Below, piece after piece: positions 38,801 to 49,494 of a stretch of 64,000 bases of DNA. The notes beneath the pieces are model-generated. The model worked only from the letters and a program-made list of their open reading frames with translations. It was not told the DNA's origin and searched no databases. Position 1 is the first letter of the stretch. Each line of letters begins with the position of its first letter. The DNA is taken from assembly GCA_000004985.1 (NCBI GenBank), contig GG738848.1; one strand, 5' to 3'. The translations under genes and the position numbers were made by a program. The stretch comes from Naegleria gruberi (Eukaryota).

Positions 38801-39610
38801 CTCAAGAAACTTGGCGAGTGTTGCATTGAAAAAGTTATTGCACCACCAATAGAAGTCAAATGTTCTGATAGAGGTTGTGATTATCAAATGACACCCATTA
38901 AGACTAGGTTCTTTAATAAGAAGTTCTTGTACAATAATCAATTTATTTATGATACCTTTAACACTTCCAGAATATCATTACCGAGTGTTAGCAAACTTAT
39001 TGCCGATTCTGGAAAACTCAAAGTTTTGGATCAATTACTTTCGAAATTGAAACAAGAAGGACATAGAGTTTTAATTTTCTGTCAAATGACAAAAATGATG
39101 GACCTTTTAGAAGAGTACATGTACAAGAGAAGATATACATTCTTTAGATTGGATGGTTCAACAGGAATTTCAGAAAGAAGAGACATGGTAGATGCCTTCC
39201 AAAATCAACGAGTGGATCCAGTTTTTGCATTCCTTCTCTCCACAAAAGCTGGAGGTCTAGGTATTACCTTAACAGCAGCAGATACAGTCATTTTCTATGA
39301 CAGTGATTGGAATCCAACATTGGATGCTCAAGCCATGGATCGTGTCCACAGAATTGGTCAAACTAAGCCAGTTACAATCTATCGTTTAATTACTAAAAAC
39401 TCTGTGGAAGAGAGAATCCTTGCCATTGCCAAGCAAAAGAGTACCATTCAAGAGACAGTCTACAAGGGTCAATTCAAAATGCAAGACAGCAATGAAGAAG
39501 AAGCAGCTGATGAACTTCTCGAAGATGAGGATGCAGTTGAGGCAGCAGTCGTAGTCGATGATGCAGGAGATTTGGATGAGAAGGAAATCATGTCCCTCAT
39601 TCTAGATTAA
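35820..39610 (+). CDS. ino80: INO80-type SNF2-family chromatin-remodelling ATPase, 2 exons
   Basis: Exons are 35820..37429 and 37504..39610, joined at ...INGILA-D-EMGLGKTIQ. The DBINO/HSA signature is RKLNFLLSQTELYSHFM. SNF2 N-lobe motifs are LKGMKWL, DEMGLGKT, LILDEAHAIKS and LLLTGTPIQNNMKELW. A long insertion of about 270 aa between the lobes is typical of INO80/SWR1. Helicase C-lobe motifs are RVLIFCQMTKMMD, FLLSTKAGGLGITL and DSDWNPTLDAQAMDRVHRIGQ. Confidence 0.9.
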
Positions 39611-39846
39611 CCAATCAGCCAACTTGATTGCAACAACCCTCATCATACATGTGTGCATAATTCTTTTCAATAATAATAATTATATTATTACTACTCTATT
39701 CCAATTATCTCCATGATCTCTCTTTGTAAAATAAAAAGAATTATCATTAAAAAAAATAGAGTGAAAGCAAGGGAATTTTTGTTGCCTGTTCTTTTTTGCT
39801 GATCATTATCTTTGTACATATATATATATTTATTGTTGGACATAAC

Positions 39847-40995
39847 ATGTTTTTGGGAAAGGTTGTAATTGCCTTGTTTTTATCATTGTATATAGCTATT
39901 AGAGGGTATCGGAAAAAGAGTTTGGATTTTTCGGGAGCCTTTGCTGCATTGTTTGTTGGATTTGTTTCTGTAGTTGGAGGGTTTTCATGGACTGTGATAT
40001 TACTCTTCTTCTTCTTTTCAAGTTCTGCACTCACCAAATACAAGGCAGATATTAAAAGGAAGAGAGAAGATGGATATAAAGAAGGAGGACAGGTAGGTGT
40101 TTAAATGATGACAATTATTATAATAATTGGTGAAATTACAAATAATAGAGAAATTTTGAGCAAGTAATTGCTAATGGATTCTTTCCAACATTTATTTGTT
40201 TACTATTCCAAGTGGTTAGAATATTCCAATTTGAAAATTTTGAAACAATATTCTGGCAATCACATCAATCAAATCAGCAGGTTGAGTTTTCTAGATTGGA
40301 AGTTCATAGATATTTGTATGGAAATTTCTATTATTTCAATGCTAAGGATTATCCATTGAAGACATTCTTATTGGTCTGCTATTTGTGTTGCTATATTGCA
40401 AATACAAGCGATACTTGGTCATCTGAATATGGAATTTTATCAAAGAAGGAACCAATTTTCATTTTAACATTGAAAAAGACTTTCCATGGTGTAAATGGAG
40501 GTGTCTCATTGAGTGGCTATTTGGCCTCATTGATGTGTGGTATTTCTTATGCTATAATTTGTTTATTAATGATTTGTTTGGATTTCTTTTATGCTAGATT
40601 TTCAGGATTTAATCAAGTTGGAAGTATGTTGGTCGGAAATTCTAATGAGATTCTTCCTTTATTTACTCAATTGGCTGTTGTTCTCAGTTACCAGTATCCA
40701 ATTGTAGTATTATGTATCTTCTCTGCATTATTTGGAACAACTTTGGATTCTGTCTTGGGAGCAATATTTGAATATTCAGGTTTTGATGAGGAAAAAAAGA
40801 TTGTGGTGAAACAACCTGGACCAAATGTTAAAACTATATCTGGCCTTTCATGGCTCAATGGAAATCAAGTGAATTTCCTTTCAGGGTGCATAACAGGACT
40901 TGGTAAGTATTTGATTTTTCATTTCTATGGAGGATAACAATATTGTTAAAGTATCTGGTGTTATATCATTGTGGTTGTTCTACCAATAAATTCAT
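39847..40995 (+). CDS. DUF92 / TMEM19-family integral membrane protein, at least 3 exons; the 3' end is uncertain
   Basis: Exon 1 runs about 39847..40092 (ATG MFLGKVV..., motif SGAFAALFVGFVSVVGG). Exon 2 runs about 40148..40902 and begins RNFEQVIANGFF, matching the RNWxQVLANG consensus. Other family motifs are DTWSSEYG and GVNGGVS. A GTAAGT donor lies at 40903. The last short exon is tentative. Confidence 0.6.
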
Positions 40996-41019
40996 TTCTA
41001 ACTTGATAATTTTATTTAC

Positions 41020-42924
41020 CTATTCTCTTGTGTAACCATTAAGGAATTGAATGAGTTCTTGTTTCTCTTGAGAATATTTGATATCATCCCACTTCAAGTC
41101 ATCCTTCATAATGTCCAAAAGCTTTTCTGGTTCCAATGCAATTCTTAATGGATCATATTTGTACATTTGACATCTAATAGCTACATCCAATGCCTTGATA
41201 CAATTCTCGTGCTTCACCAAATATTTAATTTCACTCTCAATGAATGGCAAGTCTTCCCAAACTTGTTGGTGTCTAAATATTTGCTTATCAGCAACTTGTT
41301 TCACATCTTGTGATAGAACATCCAAGCATCTGTCACCATAGCTGAATTTCAAGTATCTGATAATATCATTAGGAAGGTAAGGATATTTAGACTTCATGGT
41401 TTGAGTCAAGAAGTGAACAAAGTTTTCAGAGCCATAAATTGGTTCAGTATTTTTCATTTCTTTCAAGTCTTTTCCGTAAATATATTTCAATACAGCATGT
41501 GATGAGTAATAATCCTTGGTTTTGTCGATGATTCTCAAAGCATTTTCATATTTCAAACTGATCAATTTGAGCTCATTATCAAATACAAATCTAGAAGAAC
41601 TATAAATATCATTTTTGGTAAAGTCACCTAATCTCAATATTCCCTTCAAGTTTTCCAATTGTTGAGCTGGCAGTGATAATAAGCTGTATCTGTAATGTGA
41701 AATAAATTTTCCATACTGAGTAATGATATTATAGTTGGAAAGCTGTGGAAGAGTGAACAGGTATTCTTCCTTGCATTTGTGTGGATTGAGCCTCTTGAGA
41801 AGTTGTTCATCCTCAGAAGTATTCTCGCAAAATATTACCTTCTTGTACTTGATGGAATATTCCTTTTCGTTTATAATCTTATCTGAAAATGTCAGCAATG
41901 ATTTATCCATATCCACAGATTTGACATTCACATGGTTCAGAGCAATATTTCCAGATGCTGCCGATGTAAGAGCCAAAGAGGAGATAAATCTAGATAAATT
42001 CAGAATACCACTATCATAGTATGTGATACATCTGAAAACATTTCTGGCATCCTTCAAATCTCTAAACAAGTCACTCTCATCCTTTGTTCTTTCTTGGAAC
42101 CTATTCCTCAAAACTCCCAATCTAGCTTCACAATAATTTCTATCATCCAAAATTGTATCCTCCATCCACAAATCCTTTCCATACACAAAATATTCATATC
42201 CCAATAATTTCCACATTTGCTTGTAATACTTGAACTTTTGTGAGTTTCTAAATATTTCTGAATTTCTGTATTCTCTCATTAGGTGAGGAGCTATAGAAAA
42301 CAAGTGATTTCTCTTCTCCAACTTGTCCTTCATTGAATTGTACAAATTTTCATAATGTTTACACTCGATAACATCATTTTCAAAACCTCCAGAGCACTTC
42401 ATCACTTGAGTTTGAAAAAAGTTTGGTAAAAGTCCCTTCAATTCATCACCCTCCAACACATTATGAAAAATCAAATTGGAATTCAATGCCAAATCGTCCC
42501 TCTGTGAAACAAAATCATTAGATGAGAGCAAACAAACTGAATATCCTCTCATCGATGCTTCATAAGCCAACGATGCACCAATCAAACCATCCCCAACAAT
42601 ACACAAATCAAAATCCTCATCCAAATTCTCTACAATTTTAAATTGTTCCTCTCGTGATGGTATTTTCCATATGGCTGTTCGGAATGGAAAGGTTGTATAG
42701 TCAGCACTTGGTAAATCATCAACAGAAAAAGCCTGAATCATCCAAGGCTTTGCTACTACTGCTTGATGTAAATCATCGATGACTTTTTGAATGGATTCAT
42801 GGCCGTATGAGTGAGAAAAGGCTTTTCCTATGAGAAATGTTCCTCCTCCGATCAAAAGACATTTTCCAAGTGTTTTTGATGAGAATGAAGGCTTGCTGAA
42901 AATCTTCCTTCCAAATCTGAACAT
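41020..42924 (-). CDS. Divergent FAD-dependent glycerol-3-phosphate dehydrogenase (GPD2)-like protein, probably catalytically degenerate
   Basis: Collinear matches to mitochondrial GPD2. The dinucleotide fold is DLCIVGDGLIGASLAYEASMRGYSVCLLSSNDF. Other matches are NHLFSIAPHL (vs LLEIAPHL), KYYKQMWKLLGYEY (vs YKWWQLPYYWVG) and ITYYDSGILNLSRFISSLALTSAASG (vs IVYYDGQHNDARMNLAIALTAA). The conserved HGG and HND residues are replaced. Confidence 0.5.
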   Translation of the reverse strand: MFRFGRKIFSKPSFSSKTLGKCLLIGGGTFLIGKAFSHSYGHESIQKVIDDLHQAVVAKPWMIQAFSVDDLPSADYTTFPFRTAIWKIPSREEQFKIVENLDEDFDLCIVGDGLIGASLAYEASMRGYSVCLLSSNDFVSQRDDLALNSNLIFHNVLEGDELKGLLPNFFQTQVMKCSGGFENDVIECKHYENLYNSMKDKLEKRNHLFSIAPHLMREYRNSEIFRNSQKFKYYKQMWKLLGYEYFVYGKDLWMEDTILDDRNYCEARLGVLRNRFQERTKDESDLFRDLKDARNVFRCITYYDSGILNLSRFISSLALTSAASGNIALNHVNVKSVDMDKSLLTFSDKIINEKEYSIKYKKVIFCENTSEDEQLLKRLNPHKCKEEYLFTLPQLSNYNIITQYGKFISHYRYSLLSLPAQQLENLKGILRLGDFTKNDIYSSSRFVFDNELKLISLKYENALRIIDKTKDYYSSHAVLKYIYGKDLKEMKNTEPIYGSENFVHFLTQTMKSKYPYLPNDIIRYLKFSYGDRCLDVLSQDVKQVADKQIFRHQQVWEDLPFIESEIKYLVKHENCIKALDVAIRCQMYKYDPLRIALEPEKLLDIMKDDLKWDDIKYSQEKQELIQFLNGYTRE

Positions 42925-43075
42925 TTTTTTTAATATAATAATTATTTAATATGATTAATAAAATTAAATACTATTCTACTTATTGTCATGTTGTTCTTTT
43001 TTAAATATTACATTTATTGTAATTATGTATTTAATATTAAATTATTAGAGTATATTATATTAATCTTAAAAAAAA

Positions 43076-43426
43076 ATGTCGCAAACAATTACTAAAACTC
43101 AAGTTCAATCCTTGCTCGGAAATTTACCAACCGATCTTGTTTTGCTTGATGTTCGTGAACATTCCGAATATACATCCACAGATTTACCTGCAATTCATAA
43201 TAGTGCTATTAATGTTCCTGTTGCTACTGTAAAGAATGTTTTCGAGTTGAGTGATGAAGAATTTGAGAAACAAGTTGGAAAGAAGAAACCATCAAAGAAT
43301 GATCAAATTGTTACCTATTGTAAATTAGGAGGAAGAGCTCAAAAGGCTGCTGATCAATTGGTTGAATTGGGTTATACAAATGTACATTGTTTTAAGGGAT
43401 CTGCCTCTGAATGGTATTCTAATTAA
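43076..43426 (+). CDS. Single-domain rhodanese-like sulfurtransferase (116 aa)
   Basis: VLLDVREHSEYTSTDLPAIHNSAINVP ... IVTYCKLGGRAQKAADQL ... GSASEW shows a typical rhodanese fold with an active-site Cys in the CKLGGR loop. Confidence 0.8.
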   Translation: MSQTITKTQVQSLLGNLPTDLVLLDVREHSEYTSTDLPAIHNSAINVPVATVKNVFELSDEEFEKQVGKKKPSKNDQIVTYCKLGGRAQKAADQLVELGYTNVHCFKGSASEWYSN

Positions 43427-43445
43427 ATTAACACGCACTTTTTAT

Positions 43446-46142
43446 TTAGGTCTTTTTCTTCTTCTTTACACCACCAGCATCAAATTGAATGAATTGTAAT
43501 TCATACCTAGGAATTCTGAAATGCATAAATGGCATTCCAGCATTAGCAGCTTTGTTATTTGTTGAATTGTTATTTTGGTTTCGTTTTCTCTTCTTTTCCA
43601 CTGGTTGAGTAGTAGTGGTAAGAGGAGGTGTTACAGATTTGGTTTCTGATTTGACATTCGTATCAGTAATGTTATCAACTTGTCCTGAGGCAACTATACT
43701 ACTGCTACTACCAAAATTGGACATTGGTTGTGCATTCATACTCACAAAAGATGAGGTCAAATTGGAATTAACATCATTATTTTGAACATAGTTCCAGAGT
43801 GGATCAATATTTGGTCCTACAAGGGAGTTGGCAATGTCATTATTAACTGAGAGTAAGGAGTGTGGTTGTTCATCAGGATTGACAAGATCGAAATTGAAAT
43901 CTCCATCATCAAAAAGAAGAGCAAATGAATCATCAACAGAAATTGACATTCTATGTGACGCCTTTCTAGCCATAGTGACTGGAGCAACGGATTTTCTTCT
44001 GTATGAGGAAGGTTGTAAGAGAATTGAGGTTTTGTGAATATTCTCAATTTCATCCAATTTTTGTTCTTGGACGAAAATAGAGAGCAAGTCACAAACAAAG
44101 CTCAAAATTTGTTCATCTCGCTCACTAAAGTTACCTGTATGCTTGTTCAAAACTTCTAAAACTCCTACAAATTGGTTTCCACTTCCAACTATTGGAGAAC
44201 AAATAACACTCTTTGTTGAAAATCCTGTTGTTTTGTCCACTTCTGGTGCAAATTTAGAATTACTCCTCACATCAGGTATATTCACACTCTTTCCACTTTG
44301 GAAGCATGATCCTGCAATCCCTCTGTCAGAAGGAATTCTAATTTCATCTTCGCCAATTGCAACTTGTGAAATGAGCTCGTCTGTTTGTCTATCGTACATG
44401 AATAATGTTGTTCTTTCTGCATGTAACATTCTGGTAATACATGAGATTATGTGTTGGAAGAAAACTCCAACCGAGTGCAAGTCCTGTCTTAGAACAGATA
44501 AACGTCTATAGACACAACCCTTCTCTGTTGTTGACTCTCCAATTTTAACATGGTTTTCTTTCTTTTGGGTATTGTTGTTATCTCCTCCATTTTCAGCACT
44601 ATTTTCAACAACTGGAGTTGTTGATGAGGATGCAACCTTTTCTTGAGGCTCAATTCTAAAGAATGAAGGATACATATCCATAGCATACCTGGTTGGGAAG
44701 GCAGCTGGTGGAGTATTCTCTTCACCCCACAATTCAAAGGTTTGGGTCAATTCGTGTCTGTCCTTTTCTTCTGTATTGGAGGTTGTTTCTGGGTCACTGC
44801 TGGATACTTCTTTTTGAGGTGGGAATTTGTAGGTGTTAAGAGTTTCTTCGTCCTTTTTAGGTGGTGGGAATGTAAAGGCAGTAAGGGATTGATAAATATC
44901 ACCCTTTGGAGTGCCATTAGCAGAACCATTTGTACTATTTGGTGTTGAAGGTTGAGAAGTGGAAGTAGCGGATGGTGGCAGCATTGAGCCCATCATTTGT
45001 TGTTGACTTTGAATTGCTCTTGAAATAATATCAGGATTGCTGGAAATGTTGATATTATTGTAGAGATCTAGCATTTTTAGAACTTGTTCATATTTAGACT
45101 TGGCAAAAAGTAAGCAATGTTCTGCAACAACTGCTGTTCCGTATTGTTGAGCTTTGGCCCATTGTTGAAAAACGTTATCCACAGAAAGAGTTCCAATAAT
45201 AAATTCTTGGCATTGACTGAGAAGTGCACTCAGCTGATAGAATTTAGCTGCTTGATAAAGATCCCAAATCTTGTCAGATCTTAGAATGGTACAGTCAGTA
45301 TAAACAAATTCCAAAATATTATAGAAAATATCAGCAGATGCATCTTGAATCTCAATTTCCAAAATGGATGTATTGGAACATTTGACGAGAATTAGTTGAT
45401 TGAAATAATTACTCCTAGCACATAAAATTAATTTGTGAGCATAAAACTTCTTTCCTTGAATAATAAACGTCACATCACTTAAAATTGGATTATTAAAGAA
45501 TTGTTTGATGCTTGATCCCATGGTGTTACTCTTACTAATAAATGTTTGAGCTGTGGACTCTGTTATGGAACTTTGCCCCAATCCAGCCTGTCCTGCATTG
45601 TTAGTGGAACTAGAGGATGTAGAAACTGGTGATTGTGTAGGTTGTTGTATCTGCAAGATGCTTGAAGAGTTGGGAGAAATTTGTTGCAAGTTATTGTTAT
45701 TTGAAAGTTGATTTACGACCATATTCGAAAATTGATTATTCATGGGTGGTGAGGATACTTGGATTACTTGTTGATTTGAATTTTGTTGATTTAACAATTG
45801 TTGTAGCATGTTTTGTTGTTGATTTGTATTGTTTTGTTGTTGGTTTTGTTGAATAAGATTCATCAGGTTGTTGAAAATACCCATTGCTTGCTGATTATTA
45901 TTGTTAGAGGGTGATGGTTGGTTGTTTTGCATTTGTTGTTGTTGTTGGAAGAGATTGATTATACTATTCATGTTGTTATTACTATTACTATTGTTCTTCA
46001 TCATGTTGAGAAGCGAATTGATCTCATTCATTGAATTATTACCATTATTATTATTGTTGTTATTGTTGCCATTGTTATTATTCATCATCATAACTAGAGC
46101 ATTCAATAACTGTCCCGAATTTGCCTGATTATTCGGTAACAT
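43446..46142 (-). CDS. BTB/POZ + GAF domain protein with a long poly-N/Q N-terminus (898 aa)
   Basis: The N-terminal ~200 aa are N/Q-rich ([25 protein letters not shown]). The BTB domain is LSDVTFIIQGKKFYAHKLILCARSNYFNQLIL...DIFYNILEFVYTDC. The GAF domain is FMYDRQTDELISQVAIGEDEIRIPSDRGIAGSCFQSGKSVNIPDV...VICSPIVGSGNQFVGVLEVLNK. Confidence 0.7.
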   Translation of the reverse strand: MLPNNQANSGQLLNALVMMMNNNNGNNNNNNNNGNNSMNEINSLLNMMKNNSNSNNNMNSIINLFQQQQQMQNNQPSPSNNNNQQAMGIFNNLMNLIQQNQQQNNTNQQQNMLQQLLNQQNSNQQVIQVSSPPMNNQFSNMVVNQLSNNNNLQQISPNSSSILQIQQPTQSPVSTSSSSTNNAGQAGLGQSSITESTAQTFISKSNTMGSSIKQFFNNPILSDVTFIIQGKKFYAHKLILCARSNYFNQLILVKCSNTSILEIEIQDASADIFYNILEFVYTDCTILRSDKIWDLYQAAKFYQLSALLSQCQEFIIGTLSVDNVFQQWAKAQQYGTAVVAEHCLLFAKSKYEQVLKMLDLYNNINISSNPDIISRAIQSQQQMMGSMLPPSATSTSQPSTPNSTNGSANGTPKGDIYQSLTAFTFPPPKKDEETLNTYKFPPQKEVSSSDPETTSNTEEKDRHELTQTFELWGEENTPPAAFPTRYAMDMYPSFFRIEPQEKVASSSTTPVVENSAENGGDNNNTQKKENHVKIGESTTEKGCVYRRLSVLRQDLHSVGVFFQHIISCITRMLHAERTTLFMYDRQTDELISQVAIGEDEIRIPSDRGIAGSCFQSGKSVNIPDVRSNSKFAPEVDKTTGFSTKSVICSPIVGSGNQFVGVLEVLNKHTGNFSERDEQILSFVCDLLSIFVQEQKLDEIENIHKTSILLQPSSYRRKSVAPVTMARKASHRMSISVDDSFALLFDDGDFNFDLVNPDEQPHSLLSVNNDIANSLVGPNIDPLWNYVQNNDVNSNLTSSFVSMNAQPMSNFGSSSSIVASGQVDNITDTNVKSETKSVTPPLTTTTQPVEKKRKRNQNNNSTNNKAANAGMPFMHFRIPRYELQFIQFDAGGVKKKKKT

Positions 46143-47111
46143 TTTCGACTGTTTTTATGTTCTCTCTATTCAGTGGCACACAGATAACGAAAATTATGAT
46201 CACCCAAATTACTTTCGGAGATGATAGACTCTATGAAAATCTCTGCGCAAACTATACAAATCCAATCTATTGACTTGTACACGAAGAACTCTATAATCAG
46301 TTGTGATATTCTATGTATCCTCGCCTCGTTTTCGGTATTTTTCTTTGCACTGTAGTTATTTGATGTTTGCTGAGAGTTTTGTGATGCTAGGTTGATGACA
46401 CGATTTTATTGTGATGATGATGAAGTGAGAGAGCGGAATAATTATTTGAAGTAATAAGACAACGACGTTGAATCTAGAACTGTTTCTCTTTTTCCAGGAG
46501 CAGCAGCACAATGGTGAAATTATACTTCTTGACAATAAACAGAAGGATCAAGAAGAACGAATGGATCTCTTGAGATTTTTGTTTTGAGAATATGGTGTGA
46601 GGTCGAACATGATACCATTGCAATAATTTTCATGTGTTTTAGCAAAGAATTTTTATCTGGAAATGGGAGTGGTTAAACTTTTAAGTAGTGTGCGCTGCAA
46701 TACTTTACAACATTGCACAATACTGAGAGAGTAGTTTGTTGTTTGTGTCTTTGTAACAACCGTAGTTGAGGGAACAAATTTAATTAAGGCAATTTTCAGA
46801 ATAAGGTGAAGTCAACTTGAAAATCTCCTTTTTAGAGGATTACAAAATAATCACATGCTATTTGAACTTTTTCGAGGTCAATAAGATACATTCTCTATTA
46901 CTAAATACAAGTTTTTTAAGCTTATTAATATGCATTGATTGGAAATCAGTTTTGGAATTGTTCAAATTGTATTCTTAATAATACTATTTGAAATACTTAC
47001 AATATTCATGTTCAAAAATTTTACAAAATTTAAATTTTAAACTTTAAAAAAAATGCAACAACTGCCTACTCTTTTAATTCATCACTCGAAAAGAAATTAA
47101 TAATTTGCAAA

Positions 47112-48182
47112 ATGAAAAATATTGATAGTGATTGTATGGTATTTGTTTTGGAATTTATGAGTGTGGCGGATCATGTTTATCAATTATCGAGGGTGTGTTC
47201 CGATTGGAGAATAAATTCAATCAAGTTTATTGTGAGGTATTTGGACAAGAGGTATGCAATGTTGGGAGATTTAGTGAAACAATTCGAAACTTGTTTTGGG
47301 TGTTCAGTATCGGGAAGGAAAATGAGAAAGTTTCTGATGAGATGCCATGTCAGAGACTTGGCAGAATATTTACTTGATTCATATGAAGGAGTCCACGAAA
47401 ATCAACAGTTCACCATTCTTTGGGTTAAGAGTGAAATGGAAATTCTGTGTAATTACTTGAAAATTTCTAATAGGATGAAATCAGATGGCAACCAAACTAA
47501 ATCTACTGGGTTTTTCACAAAGATTGGAAAATTATTCTCTAAAAAAACACATGACAAGGCATCTATTCAATCACCCAACAAAGAGGTAGAATCTAATATG
47601 AAACAATTTGATTATATCAATGTGGAGTCTTCTATTCAGGGAAATTTGAATGATTTAGAACGATACTATCTTGTCAATGCTATTATGGGAATTGAGTTTA
47701 TACCAGAGTATGATGAGGAGGGAAACTTGGATGAGAGTGTATTTTCGAGAGCGTGTCTTTATGGAAGCACTGATATTGTGTTGGAATTGAAAGATTGGTT
47801 CAAGATTCATTTGAATATTAGATATCCTAAACTCACAAGTGACAATTTGGAACCTAAAAGTTTGCTATCTCACTCACACCTTCTAATGATATCAGGAATA
47901 TCAATGCAGACAAACAGAAATAACTTGGAATTAATTAAGGAGCTCGACTTGAATAAGAAACTATTTAAAGATGATTCATGTAAGGTTTCCAATTACGAGC
48001 AAGTGGTTGTTGGTGTCAAGGTTAGTGATCCTCTCTTAAACTCACAACAAATGATTCAAACAGCATTTAGTTTTGATGGATTGCAATATTTCGAGTTTAA
48101 CGTCAGCAATCCACATCAAATGAGAGTATTATATTGGTATTCAATATTAATGTCATTCATTCTAAGTTTTTTAAATAGTTAA
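47112..48182 (+). CDS. Hypothetical protein with an F-box-like N-terminus
   Basis: VFVLEFMSVADHVYQLSRVCSDWRINSIKFIVRYL is F-box-like. The remainder is unassigned. Confidence 0.35.
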   Translation: MKNIDSDCMVFVLEFMSVADHVYQLSRVCSDWRINSIKFIVRYLDKRYAMLGDLVKQFETCFGCSVSGRKMRKFLMRCHVRDLAEYLLDSYEGVHENQQFTILWVKSEMEILCNYLKISNRMKSDGNQTKSTGFFTKIGKLFSKKTHDKASIQSPNKEVESNMKQFDYINVESSIQGNLNDLERYYLVNAIMGIEFIPEYDEEGNLDESVFSRACLYGSTDIVLELKDWFKIHLNIRYPKLTSDNLEPKSLLSHSHLLMISGISMQTNRNNLELIKELDLNKKLFKDDSCKVSNYEQVVVGVKVSDPLLNSQQMIQTAFSFDGLQYFEFNVSNPHQMRVLYWYSILMSFILSFLNS

Positions 48183-48348
48183 TATTATTATTAATTATTA
48201 TTAAAGGGTCATTCTACAAGATTATCTGCACAGATAATTTCATCTTGGGGAAAAGTTTGGAAACTTCATCCACACATGCCAATTCGTTTTCTGTTAAATC
48301 CAATTGTGTTAAATTTGGTAATTTGCCAATAAATTCCAAATGTGCATC

Positions 48349-49185
48349 CTAAAAACCTTTAAAATAAAGTATTCCTATATTTTTACATACCTTAACCCTA
48401 CATTTTTTCAATTTTAAAAATTCCAGATTTGTCAATTTGCTTAAACATGTAGCTCCTGTAATGTGTAGGAATCCATTTTCTATTTCTAATCGTTTTAAAT
48501 TAATTAATTCAGAAATTGACATTAGTGCATGATCTCCAATACAATGATTTTCAATTATCAATGAAGTCAATTGTGTTATTTTTTTAAATTCTAAAAAAAT
48601 TGATTTTTTAGGATAAAATATTTCTCTGCCTGATGAATTGATAAAGCAAAGCTCCCTCAAATGGATTAATTTGCTTATTTGATCCAAATGATGGATCTCA
48701 ATATCGTGTACAATTAATTTTCTTAATTTGGGTAAAATTGCCAAATCATGTAAATCTTCCATAATGTAACTCAATTCCAATTCTTCCAAATTTATCAATT
48801 TTTGTAAAGGACTCAACGAAGAGGTAATTTTAGTAAATTTTAAATATTTCAAATTGACAAATTGTGAAATAATTTCCAAAATAAAACTACCATCACAAAT
48901 GAGATATTGTAAATTGATGAAAATTTCTACATGTTCTTGTTTTAGAAAATTGTAAATATTTCGGATGTGTAAATTGTGAGCATTCCGAAACTTTTTAAAA
49001 GCACTAGTAAAATAATTCCAAATATTTTCATCACGAATTAAACTTGTGCGAATGAGGGAAAGTTTAGTTGTGAATAAACATCGCAACCACTTTTCACAAA
49101 CCAAAGAACACACTTGAATTAGAAACTTTGGTTCATGAAATACAAAAATTTGATGAGAAATAATTTCATCCGGTAATTGTTCCAT
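48349..49185 (-). CDS. F-box-like / LRR protein
   Basis: The N-terminus LPDEIISHQIFVFHEPKFLIQVCSLVCEKWL is followed by LRR units (LEELELSYI, LRELCFINSSG, LKRLEIENGFL). Confidence 0.5.
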   Translation of the reverse strand: MEQLPDEIISHQIFVFHEPKFLIQVCSLVCEKWLRCLFTTKLSLIRTSLIRDENIWNYFTSAFKKFRNAHNLHIRNIYNFLKQEHVEIFINLQYLICDGSFILEIISQFVNLKYLKFTKITSSLSPLQKLINLEELELSYIMEDLHDLAILPKLRKLIVHDIEIHHLDQISKLIHLRELCFINSSGREIFYPKKSIFLEFKKITQLTSLIIENHCIGDHALMSISELINLKRLEIENGFLHITGATCLSKLTNLEFLKLKKCRVKVCKNIGILYFKGF

Positions 49186-49228
49186 TTTTTTTAATAAAAT
49201 TTAAAACAATTTTTTTTTCAATTTTTTA

Positions 49229-49273
49229 CATTTATAGTAAAAACAATGAGACAACAAGCTCGAAAACATTGAG
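49229..49273. repeat. Retroelement repeat B (terminal 3' copy)
   Basis: Identical 45 bp. AT-rich host-like DNA follows to the left of 49229. Confidence 0.8.
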
Positions 49274-49438
49274 TTTATTCTTCTACGCGTACACAAATTG
49301 CATACACTTTTATCCTCTTTTCATTCATTCAGCCATCCAGCCAGCTCAGTATTCATGGATATACTACTATATCATACTAAACTAACCTTAGACTGAATAA
49401 ACTCACATATTTGCAACTACTAGCAAAACAAACCAAAT

Positions 49439-49494
49439 AGATATTCCTATGAATATCTATTCGAACTTCAGTAGATATTCCATTGAATATCTAC
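49439..49494. repeat. Two adjacent perfect hairpin palindromes in the retroelement spacer
   Basis: The first is agatattc-ctat-gaatatct, with 8-bp arms. The second is gtagatattc-catt-gaatatctac, with 10-bp arms. The two share the same arm core and are separated by 12 nt. Confidence 0.7.

Noticed and set aside
45900-46130. Long AAT/CAA-rich tracts (also 20618..20660 and 8337..8360) considered as satellites or microsatellites
   Set aside because: They are in frame within ORFs and encode poly-N/Q, poly-S/T or poly-E tracts, so they are coding low-complexity regions rather than non-coding satellites. The (AAT)n run at 4289..4316 is genuinely intronic and is listed as a repeat.
49439-49494. Considered whether the paired palindromes and short repeats near 49.4 kb could be a CRISPR-like array or a tRNA
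   Set aside because: There are only two hairpin units and no spacer-repeat periodicity. The sequence is eukaryotic and lies inside a retrotransposon. No cloverleaf, anticodon arm or A/B box fits were found here or elsewhere in the window.
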